Origin: Thermoproteota archaeon
GTDB lineage: Archaea; Korarchaeota; Korarchaeia; Korarchaeales; Korarchaeaceae
Length of the DNA stretch: 64,000 nucleotides
Reading direction: 5' to 3'
NCBI GenBank assembly: GCA_027491415.1
Contig: JAOZFH010000028.1
Location: 1-64,000, forward strand
In this document: in pieces, positions 38,001-47,215 of the stretch
Layout: each line of letters opens with the position of its first letter
Position numbering within the stretch: position 1 is the stretch's first letter
The notes under the pieces: model-generated
Told to the model about the DNA's origin: nothing
Databases searched by the model: none
Seen by the model: only the letters and a program-made list of their open reading frames with translations
Made by a program: the position numbers and the translations under genes

Positions 38001-38718
38001 GAAGGGCAAGTACGGCGAGTGGTACGCCTACCCGAGCCCGAGCAACCCAAGCGAGATCTGGGCCTGGGACATGAGGTACCCGATTCACTACGAGCCCGCG
38101 GAGACGATCTGCAAGGAGCTCGCCTACAAGTACCCGGCGATGGCCTGGAGGAGGGCGGAGAACTTCAATCTGATCAGCCCGCCCAAGGAGGACTTCAGGG
38201 ACCTGGCGGACACCGTCAACCTGACCCCCGAGGAGATGAGGGCCCCTGAGGGCGCCGAGGTGGTCGTGGCCACGACCAACAGGATGGTCGAGCACTTCCA
38301 TACCGGCCAGCTCACCAGGAACCTCAAGCTGCTGGCAGAGCTCGTGCCTGAGCCGTTCGTGGAGATCCCGAAGCCGCTGGCCGACAGGCTTGGCATCAAG
38401 CCCGGGGACATCGTGGAGGTGGGCAACAACAGGAACAGGATCTACCTGAGGGCCATGGTCACTAACAGGGTGCCCAAGCTCAAGATAGGCCCCCAGGAGA
38501 AGGAGTACTTCGTCGTCAACATGCCCTGGCACTGGGGATGGGCCGGCGCCCACAGGACGTACGGAGTCGTGAACACGGTCTCAGGGATCTACATGGACAC
38601 CGTGACGACCATGCAGGAGACCAAGACCTTCCTCGTGTACATCAAGAAGGCTTCTCCGGACAAGTACGACTACGAGCCGGGCGAGCAGAACACGCCCGAG
38701 GTGCAGCTTGGGAGGTGA
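35077..38718 (+). CDS. fdoG: Formate dehydrogenase alpha subunit (FdoG/FdnG-type, Mo/W-bisPGD), Tat-exported
   Basis: RRRDFLK, CAYCAVGC...LCPKG, active-site RRCHS (Cys, not Sec), RGHSNVQG and a C-terminal molybdopterin dinucleotide-binding domain. Confidence 0.95.
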   Translation: MEEHAIRRRDFLKLVGLGTVPLLLSDSARKVLALDQPKRYGLGEVGHKDIEAAREVRGVCAYCAVGCGIIFYRVGDRVIHVEGDPDNPINEGKLCPKGQASIELFGDHNPRRLRTPMIRVNPKPPLEEIKKVRSQEELRAVLEKYKPIWKPVTWEDAFEYISRRIKEILDEVGWDPRQSDGYYYFGKKFPVMIEAGAKLTNEEAYIIKKMAALMGSHNIDHDARRCHSTTVAGLAGTVGFGAQTQTFIDTQFISAYLIFGGNPAEAHPVSMRHTLRGKEKGTLKLIVVDPRYNRTASQADIFAFFRPGSDLAFLLYILHYAFWERNPPVDQLDTFKEYAQRFNVDLDEINEFKEIAKEYTAEEVSRITGIPVEKLRLIAQTFVENSGVTTGFKKFASIQWAMGMTQHHIGTQITRLSTLVQLTLGNMGFPGGGLNPYRGHSNVQGTTDMCILSHILPGYIKQPSSTLQIRVYQDWKNQGFPDAWNWEIPEWAGSAFGPNEKGKVNSTKVLWSWWFHNWRKFELTWGIFVGTDPESDPQNGTVISDIPFGAGYTENTWWQGALFDDVIKAAIIMAENPAVSNADTLTEYMALASLKLLVVVDLWETETATFADVLLPGAVQYEKYGSITNSNRWLQWQDRVVPPPGDAKPDLWIMLKLWEYFRKNGIVRLPSEVYGKSRENVLIKNPKKGEFVKLYERRVRVFMDYASGRYPDPDYAEADPELVYREIDIAVDLYNGMYDWVRHKILAKRRIPILRSEDQIDGILDRTYLMHKDWGWSWPKNVRILYNLWTLSKTLERTVTYRFPAGRYAVGPELDGQTVTITGETGEIRDSKTGDWRPAFIPGHNFVIGKFYKRAWSGKTDVFTGAVDPWRLLYDEEVVGKFVIFDENGDYRIVGLEEMGVRYPIAESFYYDPEVVFTGKASYKKPFFKGTKDLGDGRVVKYVGYYEWRQVKDAFSQELAQLAQSKGLKEAIIELKGKYGEWYAYPSPSNPSEIWAWDMRYPIHYEPAETICKELAYKYPAMAWRRAENFNLISPPKEDFRDLADTVNLTPEEMRAPEGAEVVVATTNRMVEHFHTGQLTRNLKLLAELVPEPFVEIPKPLADRLGIKPGDIVEVGNNRNRIYLRAMVTNRVPKLKIGPQEKEYFVVNMPWHWGWAGAHRTYGVVNTVSGIYMDTVTTMQETKTFLVYIKKASPDKYDYEPGEQNTPEVQLGR

Positions 38719-38723
38719 TCTAG

Positions 38724-39518
38724 ATGGCGGCTGGAGAAAAGGCCATTCTGTTCACCCCCGACAGCTGCATAGGCTGCCGGGCCTGCCAGGTCGCGTGCCA
38801 CGTGTGGAACAACACCCGGCCCGAGGTCACCGACTTCAGTCCGACTCTCACCAACCCGCCGGACCTCCTGCCCAACGCCTGGATGATACTGAAGTACAAG
38901 GAGGTCGGCGAGGGTGACAGCTTCGACTGGCTCTTCTTCAAGAGGCAGTGCATGCACTGCAGCAACGCCCCGTGCGCCGAGGCCTGCCCGGCCGGCGCCA
39001 TAGAGGTGCACCCCGAGGGCGCCGTAGTGATCAGGCAGGACAAGTGCATCGGGTGCAGGTACTGCGTCGAGGCCTGCCCGTACGACGTCCCGAGGTACGA
39101 TCCGATCACCAACAAGGTGTACAAGTGCACCATGTGCATCGACAGGCTCCAGAACGGACTCGAGCCCGCGTGCGTCTCTGCCTGCCCGACGGATGCCCTG
39201 GTGTTCGGAGACTACGAAGAACTCGTCTCCAAGTACAGGGCAGCCGGGTACGAGGTCTACGGAGACTCCGTCAACGACTACGTCGGCAGGACTCACTACG
39301 TCTACGCCACCAAGAGGTGGTCCGGCAAGCTGACCGACCCTAGCTACTTCGGCGACCACCTGTCAAAGGACCCGAGGAAGACAATAGTCTCCTTCACGAA
39401 GAGCGTGGTGAAGCCCATCGGCTGGACGCTGACCGGCCTCACCGTGATAGGGCTGCTGGGACACCTGGCGCTTTGGCGCTCTAAGCGGATGGAGGAGGTG
39501 AAGAAGGGAGGTGAGTGA
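38724..39518 (+). CDS. fdoH: Formate dehydrogenase Fe-S beta subunit with C-terminal TM
   Basis: CIGCRACQVAC, CMHC..APC..ACP, CIGCRYCVEACP, KCTMC.DR and PACV.ACP. Confidence 0.93.
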   Translation: MAAGEKAILFTPDSCIGCRACQVACHVWNNTRPEVTDFSPTLTNPPDLLPNAWMILKYKEVGEGDSFDWLFFKRQCMHCSNAPCAEACPAGAIEVHPEGAVVIRQDKCIGCRYCVEACPYDVPRYDPITNKVYKCTMCIDRLQNGLEPACVSACPTDALVFGDYEELVSKYRAAGYEVYGDSVNDYVGRTHYVYATKRWSGKLTDPSYFGDHLSKDPRKTIVSFTKSVVKPIGWTLTGLTVIGLLGHLALWRSKRMEEVKKGGE

Positions 39519-39519
39519 T

Positions 39520-40218
39520 ATGGCGGAGAAGCTCGTCAGGGCATTCACCGAGGCCCAGATATGGGTGCACAAGCACCTGATTCACTTCACGGCCGCCTTC
39601 CTGCTGACCGGACTGCCGCTGATCAACAGTGACTGGTTCGGCTGGATCGCGACGGCGCTGGGCTATCCGCTGTCCAACCTCTTCGGCAACGCCTACAGCG
39701 CCTACTCCATGGGACTTCAGATAGCCAGGTGGTTCCACAGGCTCTCCGCGCTGGGACTCGCCACGGTCATAGTGCCCTACGGCGTCCTGCAGCTCTTCAG
39801 GATAAGGGAGTGGGAGATCTGGCCTGAGTGCTGGAGCCTCAGCTGCCTGCGCAGCGGGATCGGAGAGCTTGTTGACTACTACGTCAGGAAGAAGAGGCCC
39901 AACTTCGGCAAGTACAATGTCGGCCAGAAGCTCTGGACGTGGGCGGCAGCCGTCGGCGTGATCTGGATGTACGCTACCGGGTTGGTGCTGTGGTTCAAGG
40001 ACTCCTTCAGCCCGGCGACGTGGGAGCTGGCGCACACGCTCCACGACATAGGCTTCTTCCTCGCGGTCATAGGGCTGGCCGTGCACGTCTACTTGGCGAC
40101 CATGATACCGGAGCACAGGCCCATGCTGGACGCGATGTTCAGGACGGGGACCCTGCCAGAGGAGTTCGTCAAGGAGCATCACCCGAAGTGGTACGAGAAG
40201 CTTAAGGCCGAGAAGTGA
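39520..40218 (+). CDS. fdoI: Formate dehydrogenase cytochrome b556 gamma subunit
   Basis: TM His residues, GKYNVGQK, HVYLA and EHHPKWYE. Confidence 0.92.
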   Translation: MAEKLVRAFTEAQIWVHKHLIHFTAAFLLTGLPLINSDWFGWIATALGYPLSNLFGNAYSAYSMGLQIARWFHRLSALGLATVIVPYGVLQLFRIREWEIWPECWSLSCLRSGIGELVDYYVRKKRPNFGKYNVGQKLWTWAAAVGVIWMYATGLVLWFKDSFSPATWELAHTLHDIGFFLAVIGLAVHVYLATMIPEHRPMLDAMFRTGTLPEEFVKEHHPKWYEKLKAEK

Positions 40219-40239
40219 GCGAGGCGGGCGGTTGGAACG

Positions 40240-41115
40240 TTGAGCGCAGAGAACTTCCAGGAGGAGCTGAGGCAGGCAGTAGATCTGATGTCTCTGGAGC
40301 GGCCCGAGAGCCGCTCCTCCCTCCGATTTTTGTTGGATCTGATCCTCGAGCAGTCCTCTCTGGAGGAGAGGTTCAAGGAGGCACTATCAGATCACTTCCA
40401 GAGCCTCAGGGAGGCGGCAAAGAGAGTTGCAGAGGAGAGGAAGCCCCTCCTCGAGCTCGTCGGCGTTCCAGATATACCCGAGGACCTCCTACTGGAGTCG
40501 ATCAGCTCAGTCCTCAGGGTCACCCTAAGTCACCGTGAGGACCTGGCGGAGGATCTCGGGAGAATAGAGGCTGCGCTGTTCGGAGGGAAGGGCGACAGAA
40601 ACCTGGACCCAGAGGTGCTAGTCTCCTCTCTCCTGTCAGGCCGCAAGGAGGAGCTGGAGAAGCTCGCCGGTGAACTGGGTGTTGATCCTGTGCTGATCGA
40701 GGCCATCGCCCTGTGGGCTGTTCAGCCGCTCTTGAGAGCGATATCCAAGCTGGCGATAGGAGACATTGACCTGAAGGGGTGGTATGAGGGCAGGTGCCCG
40801 GTATGCGGGAGCCACACAAGGGTCGGTTTCCTGAGGGGCGAGGGCAAGAAGCTCCACCTACACTGCACGGTCTGCGGCGCGGAGTGGCCTTTCCAGAGGA
40901 TAAAGTGCCCATTCTGTGGGAACGAGGATCAGGATAGGCTGGGGTTCTACACAGTCGGGGGAGACAACAGGTTCAGGCTGTACTTCTGCGACGAGTGTGG
41001 GCGATATTGGAAGGTGGTGGACGAAGAGGTCGTCGGCCGGAAGATCCCGCGGGTGCTCTACGACGCTTGGACATCTCACCTCGACCTGGCCGCCTCCGAG
41101 AGGGGGTTGAAGTGA
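40240..41115 (+). CDS. fdhE: Formate dehydrogenase accessory protein FdhE
   Basis: CPVCGS, C.VCGAEW...R.KCPFCGN, CDEC..Y.K and HLDL.A motifs. Confidence 0.93.
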   Translation: MSAENFQEELRQAVDLMSLERPESRSSLRFLLDLILEQSSLEERFKEALSDHFQSLREAAKRVAEERKPLLELVGVPDIPEDLLLESISSVLRVTLSHREDLAEDLGRIEAALFGGKGDRNLDPEVLVSSLLSGRKEELEKLAGELGVDPVLIEAIALWAVQPLLRAISKLAIGDIDLKGWYEGRCPVCGSHTRVGFLRGEGKKLHLHCTVCGAEWPFQRIKCPFCGNEDQDRLGFYTVGGDNRFRLYFCDECGRYWKVVDEEVVGRKIPRVLYDAWTSHLDLAASERGLK

Positions 41116-41161
41116 CCTCCTCAACCGGGGCGCCTGATTAATTGGGAACGCCCCCGGGGAT

Positions 41162-42403
41162 GTGAGCGTGATCGCTCACCTGCTCGACAGGGTTGAGTCC
41201 CTCCGCGACTCTATGGTAGAGGCCTTGATTGAGATCTCCTCTATAGAGGCGATTGGACCGGAGAACGGCGGGGAAGGGGAGCTAGAGAAGGCAAAATACA
41301 TCGAGAGTATCCTCAGGGACATAGGAATCCCCGAGATAGAGAGATTCGACGCTCGGGACGACAGGGTCCCCTCTGGGATCAGGCCGAACTTGATCGCCAA
41401 GATCCCGGGAAAAGCCGACAAGACCCTCTGGATCGTGAGCCACATGGACGTGGTTCCCCCGGGAGACCTCTCCCAGTGGGACACGGATCCGTTCGAGCCG
41501 GTCGTGAGGGACGGCAAGGTCTACGGCAGGGGGACGGAGGACGATGGACAGGGGATCGTCTCCTCCCTGTTCGCCGCTAAAGCGATAATAGACGAGGGGA
41601 TAGAGCCCAACCTCGCGCTAGGTCTTGCGATCGTGTCGGACGAGGAGACGGGGAACAAGTACGGGATCGAACACCTGATCTCCCAGGGCCTGTTCGGCGA
41701 GGACGACCTGGTGGTCGTACCCGACGCTGGCAACTCTGACGGGACCATGATCGAGGTGGCCGAGAAGGGGATACTCTGGCTCAGGGTGACCGTCAAGGGG
41801 AGGCAGACCCACGCGAGCACGCCGAATCGCGGGCTCAACGCCCACAGGATAGGGATGGAGCTCGCCCTTCAGCTGGACAGGGTCCTCCACGCGGTCTTCG
41901 GAGAGTTCGACCCCCTATTCGATCCGCCCTCCTCGACATTCGAGCCCACCAAGAGGGAGCCCAGCGTCGAGAGCGTTAACACGATACCGGGCAGGGACGT
42001 TTTCTACTTCGACTGCCGCGTGCTCCCGAGGTACGACTTGGGCGAGGTGATCAGGCTGGCTAAGAGCGTGGCTAAGGCCTTCGAGTCGGCCTACGGCGCT
42101 CAGATAGATGTGGAGGCGGTCGTCAGGATGGATGCGGCTCCACCAACCGATCCAGACTCCGAGGTCGTGAGGAGGTTGAGAGAGGCCATAAGGCTGGCCA
42201 GGGGCGTCGAGGCCAAGCCCATGGGGATAGGCGGGGGCACCTGCGCGGCGGCATTCTGGGCTGCGGGGCTCCAGGCTGCCGCATGGATGACCACCGACGA
42301 GACCGCCCACCATCCCAACGAGTACTGCAGGATCGACAACATGGTTGGAGACGCGAAGGTGTTCGCCATCCTGCCGATCCTAGATACCGAGCCCGGAGCC
42401 TGA
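41162..42403 (+). CDS. M20-family metallohydrolase (DapE/ArgE-like)
   Basis: SHMDVVPPG, YGRGTEDD, DEETG, GGGT and AHHPNE motifs. Confidence 0.93.
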   Translation: MSVIAHLLDRVESLRDSMVEALIEISSIEAIGPENGGEGELEKAKYIESILRDIGIPEIERFDARDDRVPSGIRPNLIAKIPGKADKTLWIVSHMDVVPPGDLSQWDTDPFEPVVRDGKVYGRGTEDDGQGIVSSLFAAKAIIDEGIEPNLALGLAIVSDEETGNKYGIEHLISQGLFGEDDLVVVPDAGNSDGTMIEVAEKGILWLRVTVKGRQTHASTPNRGLNAHRIGMELALQLDRVLHAVFGEFDPLFDPPSSTFEPTKREPSVESVNTIPGRDVFYFDCRVLPRYDLGEVIRLAKSVAKAFESAYGAQIDVEAVVRMDAAPPTDPDSEVVRRLREAIRLARGVEAKPMGIGGGTCAAAFWAAGLQAAAWMTTDETAHHPNEYCRIDNMVGDAKVFAILPILDTEPGA

Positions 42404-42464
42404 GTCGAGGGGGCCTGCATCCACTTTAAGTGGATGCAGCGGTATTTGGAGAGGTGAGAGCCCT

Positions 42465-43007
42465 CTGTCCCCTCCTGACGAGTCCCGCGAGCATGCCGAG
42501 AGGATCTCTGTCAGCCGATGGATTGCACTGGCTCTCAACGGGCCCCCGATCGCGCTTTTGCTGACGGCAGCGTACGCCGCCGTCTCTCTGGGCGTGAGGG
42601 ACGCGCTGATCCCCATGCTCTTCTTCTACTTCTTCCTCCAGGCGAGCGTACTATTTCTGCTGAACAGGTACGGGGTCATGACGCTCAGGATCTCTCGTGG
42701 GATTGTCAAGGTGTCGTACGCAGGGGGAGATCTCAGAATACCGGCTGACGTCGTCGAGGCAGCCTGCGTTGTGAGGGTTAGCGCGCTTAGGGTATCTCTG
42801 CTCGCCGCGAGGCCTCTTGGCAGGACCCTAACCCTCGTTATGAGGGGCGGGCCCGCCATCAAGCTCAGACTGGTCGAGCCCATGCGAACACCGGTCGGAG
42901 AGGTTGAAGAGGTCCTGATTTCGACTGCCAGACCCGCTGACGCCCTTAATACCCTAGAAGCAAACGGATTTCCAGTTCAACGGGCTGAGCCACTCACCGA
43001 TCGCTGA
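42465..43007 (+). CDS. Small membrane protein with two TMs and a PH-like soluble domain
   Basis: Two hydrophobic helices, then beta-rich ...EVLISTARP. The frame extends upstream of 42558 to a CTG preceded by GAGGTGA. Confidence 0.6.
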   Translation: MSPPDESREHAERISVSRWIALALNGPPIALLLTAAYAAVSLGVRDALIPMLFFYFFLQASVLFLLNRYGVMTLRISRGIVKVSYAGGDLRIPADVVEAACVVRVSALRVSLLAARPLGRTLTLVMRGGPAIKLRLVEPMRTPVGEVEEVLISTARPADALNTLEANGFPVQRAEPLTDR

Positions 43008-43047
43008 CACGAGTGAACGGCTCGGCTTCTCACGTGGCCGGCCGGAG

Positions 43048-43842
43048 CTACTCCTCCTCGTCCCCCTCTCCCGCGATGTCCAATCCGAGCTCCCTAGTTA
43101 TCTCTGCCACTATTTCATCTTCGTCCAGCTCCTCCTCTAAGAGTTGGTTGGAGTCGTAGTCCGGCTTTCTAACGTCTCTTGGGAGTTCCACCCGCCTCAG
43201 GGCGATTGCCCTCCTAATTGGGTGCATCTCCACGCTCACCAATGCCCTCGCCACGTTCTCCATCGTGGCCTCCTGGAACACTATCTTGGAACCGTCCCGT
43301 AGGATAAACAGCGTCCTAGCGTGCTTGTGCCCCTTGGGGACACCAAAGAGTACTCGCTCCACGTCCCTATTTCTAACGACGACCGAGAACGGCCTCTTGA
43401 GTTCCCTCAAGAGCTCCCTGGTCGAAGACGTCAGCCTGAGCTTGAGCGCCTGATCCAGGGGGACCCACCTGACCTCCTTCGCGTCGCCACCGGGTTTGAG
43501 AGATCCCCCAACCTGCCTGCACAGGAAGTCCACTACGACGTAGTGGTACTTCACGTTCCTCTCGCCGTCCCTCTCTATGTAGTCGAAGGCGTAGATCGGC
43601 CTGACGGGCTCGACCTCCAGACCGGTCTCCTCCAGCATCTCCCTCACGCAGGCCTCCTTCAGGGTCTCCCCTAGCCTCACGTGCCCGCCCGGTATGGACC
43701 ACAGGCCGGCTCCCGGCTCCCTCTTTCTCCTCACCAGCAGGACCTTCTCTTCCCTGAGCAGAACTCCCCCGACGCCGACTATGGGGGTCGGGGGGTATTC
43801 TCTGAACTCCAACCCGCCCCCTCCCGCACCCCTCTTTCGCAA
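43048..43842 (-). CDS. Nudix hydrolase fused to an uncharacterised C-terminal domain
   Basis: Nudix box [23 protein letters not shown] and a second domain GHKHART...FQEAT...HP. Confidence 0.88.
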   Translation of the reverse strand: MRKRGAGGGGLEFREYPPTPIVGVGGVLLREEKVLLVRRKREPGAGLWSIPGGHVRLGETLKEACVREMLEETGLEVEPVRPIYAFDYIERDGERNVKYHYVVVDFLCRQVGGSLKPGGDAKEVRWVPLDQALKLRLTSSTRELLRELKRPFSVVVRNRDVERVLFGVPKGHKHARTLFILRDGSKIVFQEATMENVARALVSVEMHPIRRAIALRRVELPRDVRKPDYDSNQLLEEELDEDEIVAEITRELGLDIAGEGDEEE

Positions 43843-43853
43843 AAATCTGGCGG

Positions 43854-44720
43854 CTACCCACGGCCCGATGGGAACGTCACGCGGGCTAGCAACCTCCTCG
43901 CAGCCCCTATCGCCGTGGCGTAGGTTGCGTTCTCAGGGACTACCGCGCGCCCCCCAAACAGCTCCACGGTGTGGATCACAGTCTTTGCGACCAGCTCCTC
44001 CTCGGCAAGTCTACCGACGAGCACGATGCTGTCCTCCAGCTCGGCGGCCCTGGCCGCGAGGACCGCCACCGTCCCGACGACCTGTCCGACGAGGTTAACG
44101 ATCCCGGCGGCCACGTCAACAGGCCTAGTCCAGTCCCCGACCTTACCGAAGTTGGACGCCGTGGCGTCGGGTGGGAGCATTCCAACCCCCCTGCCGACTA
44201 TGTCGCCTACGGTTAGGTCTACGCGGGTGAGGTCCCCCTCCCTCGCCATCTCCAGCACGCTGTCGACGCTGCTCTTTCCTAGGATGAGCCTCCCAAGTCC
44301 GGCCAGAGTGCCGCCTCCCACGGCGGTTCCGCCGAGGTGCTCGACGCGCATGCACGCTCCCTCTCCCCAGGCGCCCACGACCGCGGTTCCCGTTCCTATG
44401 CTCACTACCGCGGCCCTGTCCCTCCCGGAGAGGTAGCATCCACCCACGCCGATCGCCTCTATCTCATCGATCTTCTCGGCCCTGACCCCGAGCAGCCTGT
44501 TGGGGAGTCTGTTTGCGCCTCCGCCGGTGAGGGCAATGCTGGCCAGCTCGTCCACCCCTACACCTGACTCGAGGATCAGCTTGCCCAGCGCCCCCATTGC
44601 CGATGAGACCGAGTCCGAGGCGGAGACATCGGCGAAGCCCTTGATCTCACTCTCGGTGACCAGGACGGCCTTGGTGGCCGTCCCACCCACGTCGAGGCCC
44701 GCTATGAGCAAGTCGTTCAC
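43854..44720 (-). CDS. coaW: Type II pantothenate kinase (CoaW/Fumble-like)
   Basis: [36 protein letters not shown]....VDL.VGDI and TASNFGK. Confidence 0.88.
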   Translation of the reverse strand: MNDLLIAGLDVGGTATKAVLVTESEIKGFADVSASDSVSSAMGALGKLILESGVGVDELASIALTGGGANRLPNRLLGVRAEKIDEIEAIGVGGCYLSGRDRAAVVSIGTGTAVVGAWGEGACMRVEHLGGTAVGGGTLAGLGRLILGKSSVDSVLEMAREGDLTRVDLTVGDIVGRGVGMLPPDATASNFGKVGDWTRPVDVAAGIVNLVGQVVGTVAVLAARAAELEDSIVLVGRLAEEELVAKTVIHTVELFGGRAVVPENATYATAIGAARRLLARVTFPSGRG

Positions 44721-44721
44721 C

Positions 44722-45333
44722 TCACCCCGCCGAGGTCCGTGCCAAGTCCTGCGCATCGGCCCTTGCCCTCTTCCCCACCGCCCTCCCAACCGCCCTGATC
44801 AGGGGAGGAACCACCAGGTACAGGAAGGGGGCCTCGGTGACGAAGGTCCAGGCGGCCACGCTCGCCCCCGCCGCTAGGCTGAGGGGAGTCATCTCGGAGT
44901 GGAACGGTAGGAGGAAGAACCGGCTCCAGATGGTGAGGCCCAACCCTATCCAGATGGACCCCACCGCGAGGCCGAGGGTGTTGGCCAGCAAGAGCCTCTT
45001 CACGCTCGACTCTCTGTCGGTGAGCGCGCCTATGATGTAGAAGCCGAGGAAGTTGGCTGGCACTCCGACCGTCAGGCTGAGGAGCGCCATCCCGTGGGAT
45101 GCCATGTCCGACAGGAAGATGCCTATGGCTGCCGAGGCCCCGCCCACCCAGGGCCCGAACAGGGTCGCGAGGGTCGAAGGTATCACCACGGCGGGCCAGA
45201 ACCTGACCCCCATGAAGTTGAGCCCGAGGACGCCGAGCCACGTGAGGTAACCCACCCCAGCGTATAGGGCGGCGCCTATCCCGGTTACGACGGCCTCGAA
45301 GGTGCCGAACCTCCCCCTTCCCACGCCCCCCAC
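44722..45333 (-). CDS. ECF transporter S component (substrate possibly pantothenate)
   Basis: Five to six TMs, AALY, VRFWPAV..P, FGPW.GG..AAIG..LSD. Co-transcribed with PanK. Confidence 0.8.
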   Translation of the reverse strand: MGGVGRGRFGTFEAVVTGIGAALYAGVGYLTWLGVLGLNFMGVRFWPAVVIPSTLATLFGPWVGGASAAIGIFLSDMASHGMALLSLTVGVPANFLGFYIIGALTDRESSVKRLLLANTLGLAVGSIWIGLGLTIWSRFFLLPFHSEMTPLSLAAGASVAAWTFVTEAPFLYLVVPPLIRAVGRAVGKRARADAQDLARTSAG

Positions 45334-45419
45334 CTTCCGCGCCAGGAAGCGTCAGAAATTTTAACCTATTTAATGACGAGTATTTCTTCTATAGAGGTAT
45401 ATAGATTCGGGGTGGGATC

Positions 45420-46367
45420 GTGCCTGTCAGGAGGCTCCAGGAGGTGGGGGGAGGGTCCCTCTCAATCACGCTGCCGAAGGGTTGGGCGAAGAGACAGGGG
45501 CTCGGCAAGGGGAGCCTCGTAGTCATCGAGGAGTCCCCAACGGGGGCCCTAACGGTCGTGCCGGCTGAGCCGAGGGAGGCCGTGACGACGATTTCCCACT
45601 CCCCCGGAGACGTTCGAGGGACCGTTAGGAAGCTGTTCGCCGCATATCTGGACGGGTACGACGTCATAGACGTGGTCTCAGAGGGGTTCATACCCTCTGA
45701 AGACAGGTCGGTCATCAAGAGGGCGGCCTCGGCGCTCCCCGGCCTAGAGGTCCTAGGAGAGGAGGCGTCCAAGATATCCCTCAGGTGCGTCCTGGACCCG
45801 AGCCTCCTCAACCCGAGGGAGCTGATGACCAGGCTGGGGGACTTGGTTGCCGGGATGCTCAGGGACCTCTCCCGAGCGATGGAGTCTGGAGGCGCAGATC
45901 TGGCAGAACTCGTGGCCGAGAGGGACGACGAGGTGGACAGGCTCTACTTCCTGCTTGTCAGACTCGTTAGGAAGTCGGCCATGGATCCCTCGCTGGCCTC
46001 GAAGTCGGGCTTATCTCCGGCGGAGCTGATAGACTACAGGGTCGCCGCCCTCCTCCTCGAGTCGGCCGCCGACAGCCTGGTCCTGCTCGCGAGGTCCTAT
46101 CGAGTCTTCGGCGCGCCTGAGCCCGAGCTGGCGAGGGTCTCCGGATCGGCGGCCGACCTGGTGAGGAGATGCCTCCAGGCCCTCCTCGAGAGGGACGTCT
46201 CCTCCGCTGTGGAGGCGCAGTCCTCTGCCCGGTCGTTGGAGAGAGAACTCGCCGGATATGAGGGCCCAGCCGCGAGGTCGGCCGACTACCTCGGAGACGT
46301 ACTAGACCGGCTGATCGACGTGTGCGACCTCGTCTCCCCGGGCGCCGGGCACCAGACCCTGACGTGA
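45420..46367 (+). CDS. phoU: Archaeal PhoU-family regulator with N-terminal AbrB domain
   Basis: RRLQEVGGGSLSITLPKGWA, AYLDGYD and RDDEVDRLYFL. Confidence 0.88.
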   Translation: MPVRRLQEVGGGSLSITLPKGWAKRQGLGKGSLVVIEESPTGALTVVPAEPREAVTTISHSPGDVRGTVRKLFAAYLDGYDVIDVVSEGFIPSEDRSVIKRAASALPGLEVLGEEASKISLRCVLDPSLLNPRELMTRLGDLVAGMLRDLSRAMESGGADLAELVAERDDEVDRLYFLLVRLVRKSAMDPSLASKSGLSPAELIDYRVAALLLESAADSLVLLARSYRVFGAPEPELARVSGSAADLVRRCLQALLERDVSSAVEAQSSARSLERELAGYEGPAARSADYLGDVLDRLIDVCDLVSPGAGHQTLT

Positions 46368-46399
46368 ACCGTTCCCATGGGTCCGCGGCCGGCGAGCGC

Positions 46400-47215
46400 T
46401 CACCGACCCTCCACCAGCTTCCCGTAGAACTCCGGCCTCCTGTCCTGGAACAGGTCGTTCCTCTCGGTTATCCTCTTGTTGTCGGCCTCGCTGGGGTCCA
46501 CGGTCACGACCGCGACGTGCTCCCTATCCCTCGGCCCCCTGACCAAGACCTCCATCTTTGGCGAGGTCACCTGGCTCTGACCGGTGAATCCGATGCGCTT
46601 CCCGCTGGGCCTCAGGTCCTCGCCCACGCGGTTGGCGGTGACGGTGAACACCCTGTTCTCTATGGACCTGGCGAGCATGGCGGTCTGGGCGTAGGGGAGG
46701 ACCAGGTTCGCAGGGTGCGCTATGATCTGCGCCCCGCTGAGCGCCAGGACGCGGGTGGACTCGGGGAAGAACCAGTCGAAGCAGATCATGACACCAACCC
46801 TGGCGCCGGCCACCTCGAAGACCCGGAACCCCAGGTTCCCGGGGTCGAACCAGACCTTCTCCTCGTTGAATAGGTGGACCTTCCTGTAGACCCCCCTGAC
46901 GTCGCCCGTCTCGTCCACGACCACAGCAGAGTTGTACGGGACGCCCGAGTCGAGTTCTGCGAACCCGGCTATCAGGGCAGTGGAGGTCTCGGCGGCGAAC
47001 CTCGCCAGGGCCTTCACGGTGGGCCCTTCGACCGGCTCGGAAAGCTTCAGGGCCTCCTCCCTCGACTCGAACAGGTAGCCGGTGTTGAAGAGTTCCGGGA
47101 GGACTAGCAGGTCGGCCTCGACCTTCGAGGCCAGATCGAGGGCTCTCTTAACGTTCTCCTCCACCTCGCCGAACTTGGGCCGGGTCTGAACGTATCCGAT
47201 GACCAGCTCGCCCAT
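46400..47215 (-). CDS. Carbon-nitrogen hydrolase (nitrilase family)
   Basis: Catalytic triad E-K-C in LPELF, YRKVHL and ICFDWFFPE. Confidence 0.93.
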   Translation of the reverse strand: MGELVIGYVQTRPKFGEVEENVKRALDLASKVEADLLVLPELFNTGYLFESREEALKLSEPVEGPTVKALARFAAETSTALIAGFAELDSGVPYNSAVVVDETGDVRGVYRKVHLFNEEKVWFDPGNLGFRVFEVAGARVGVMICFDWFFPESTRVLALSGAQIIAHPANLVLPYAQTAMLARSIENRVFTVTANRVGEDLRPSGKRIGFTGQSQVTSPKMEVLVRGPRDREHVAVVTVDPSEADNKRITERNDLFQDRRPEFYGKLVEGR

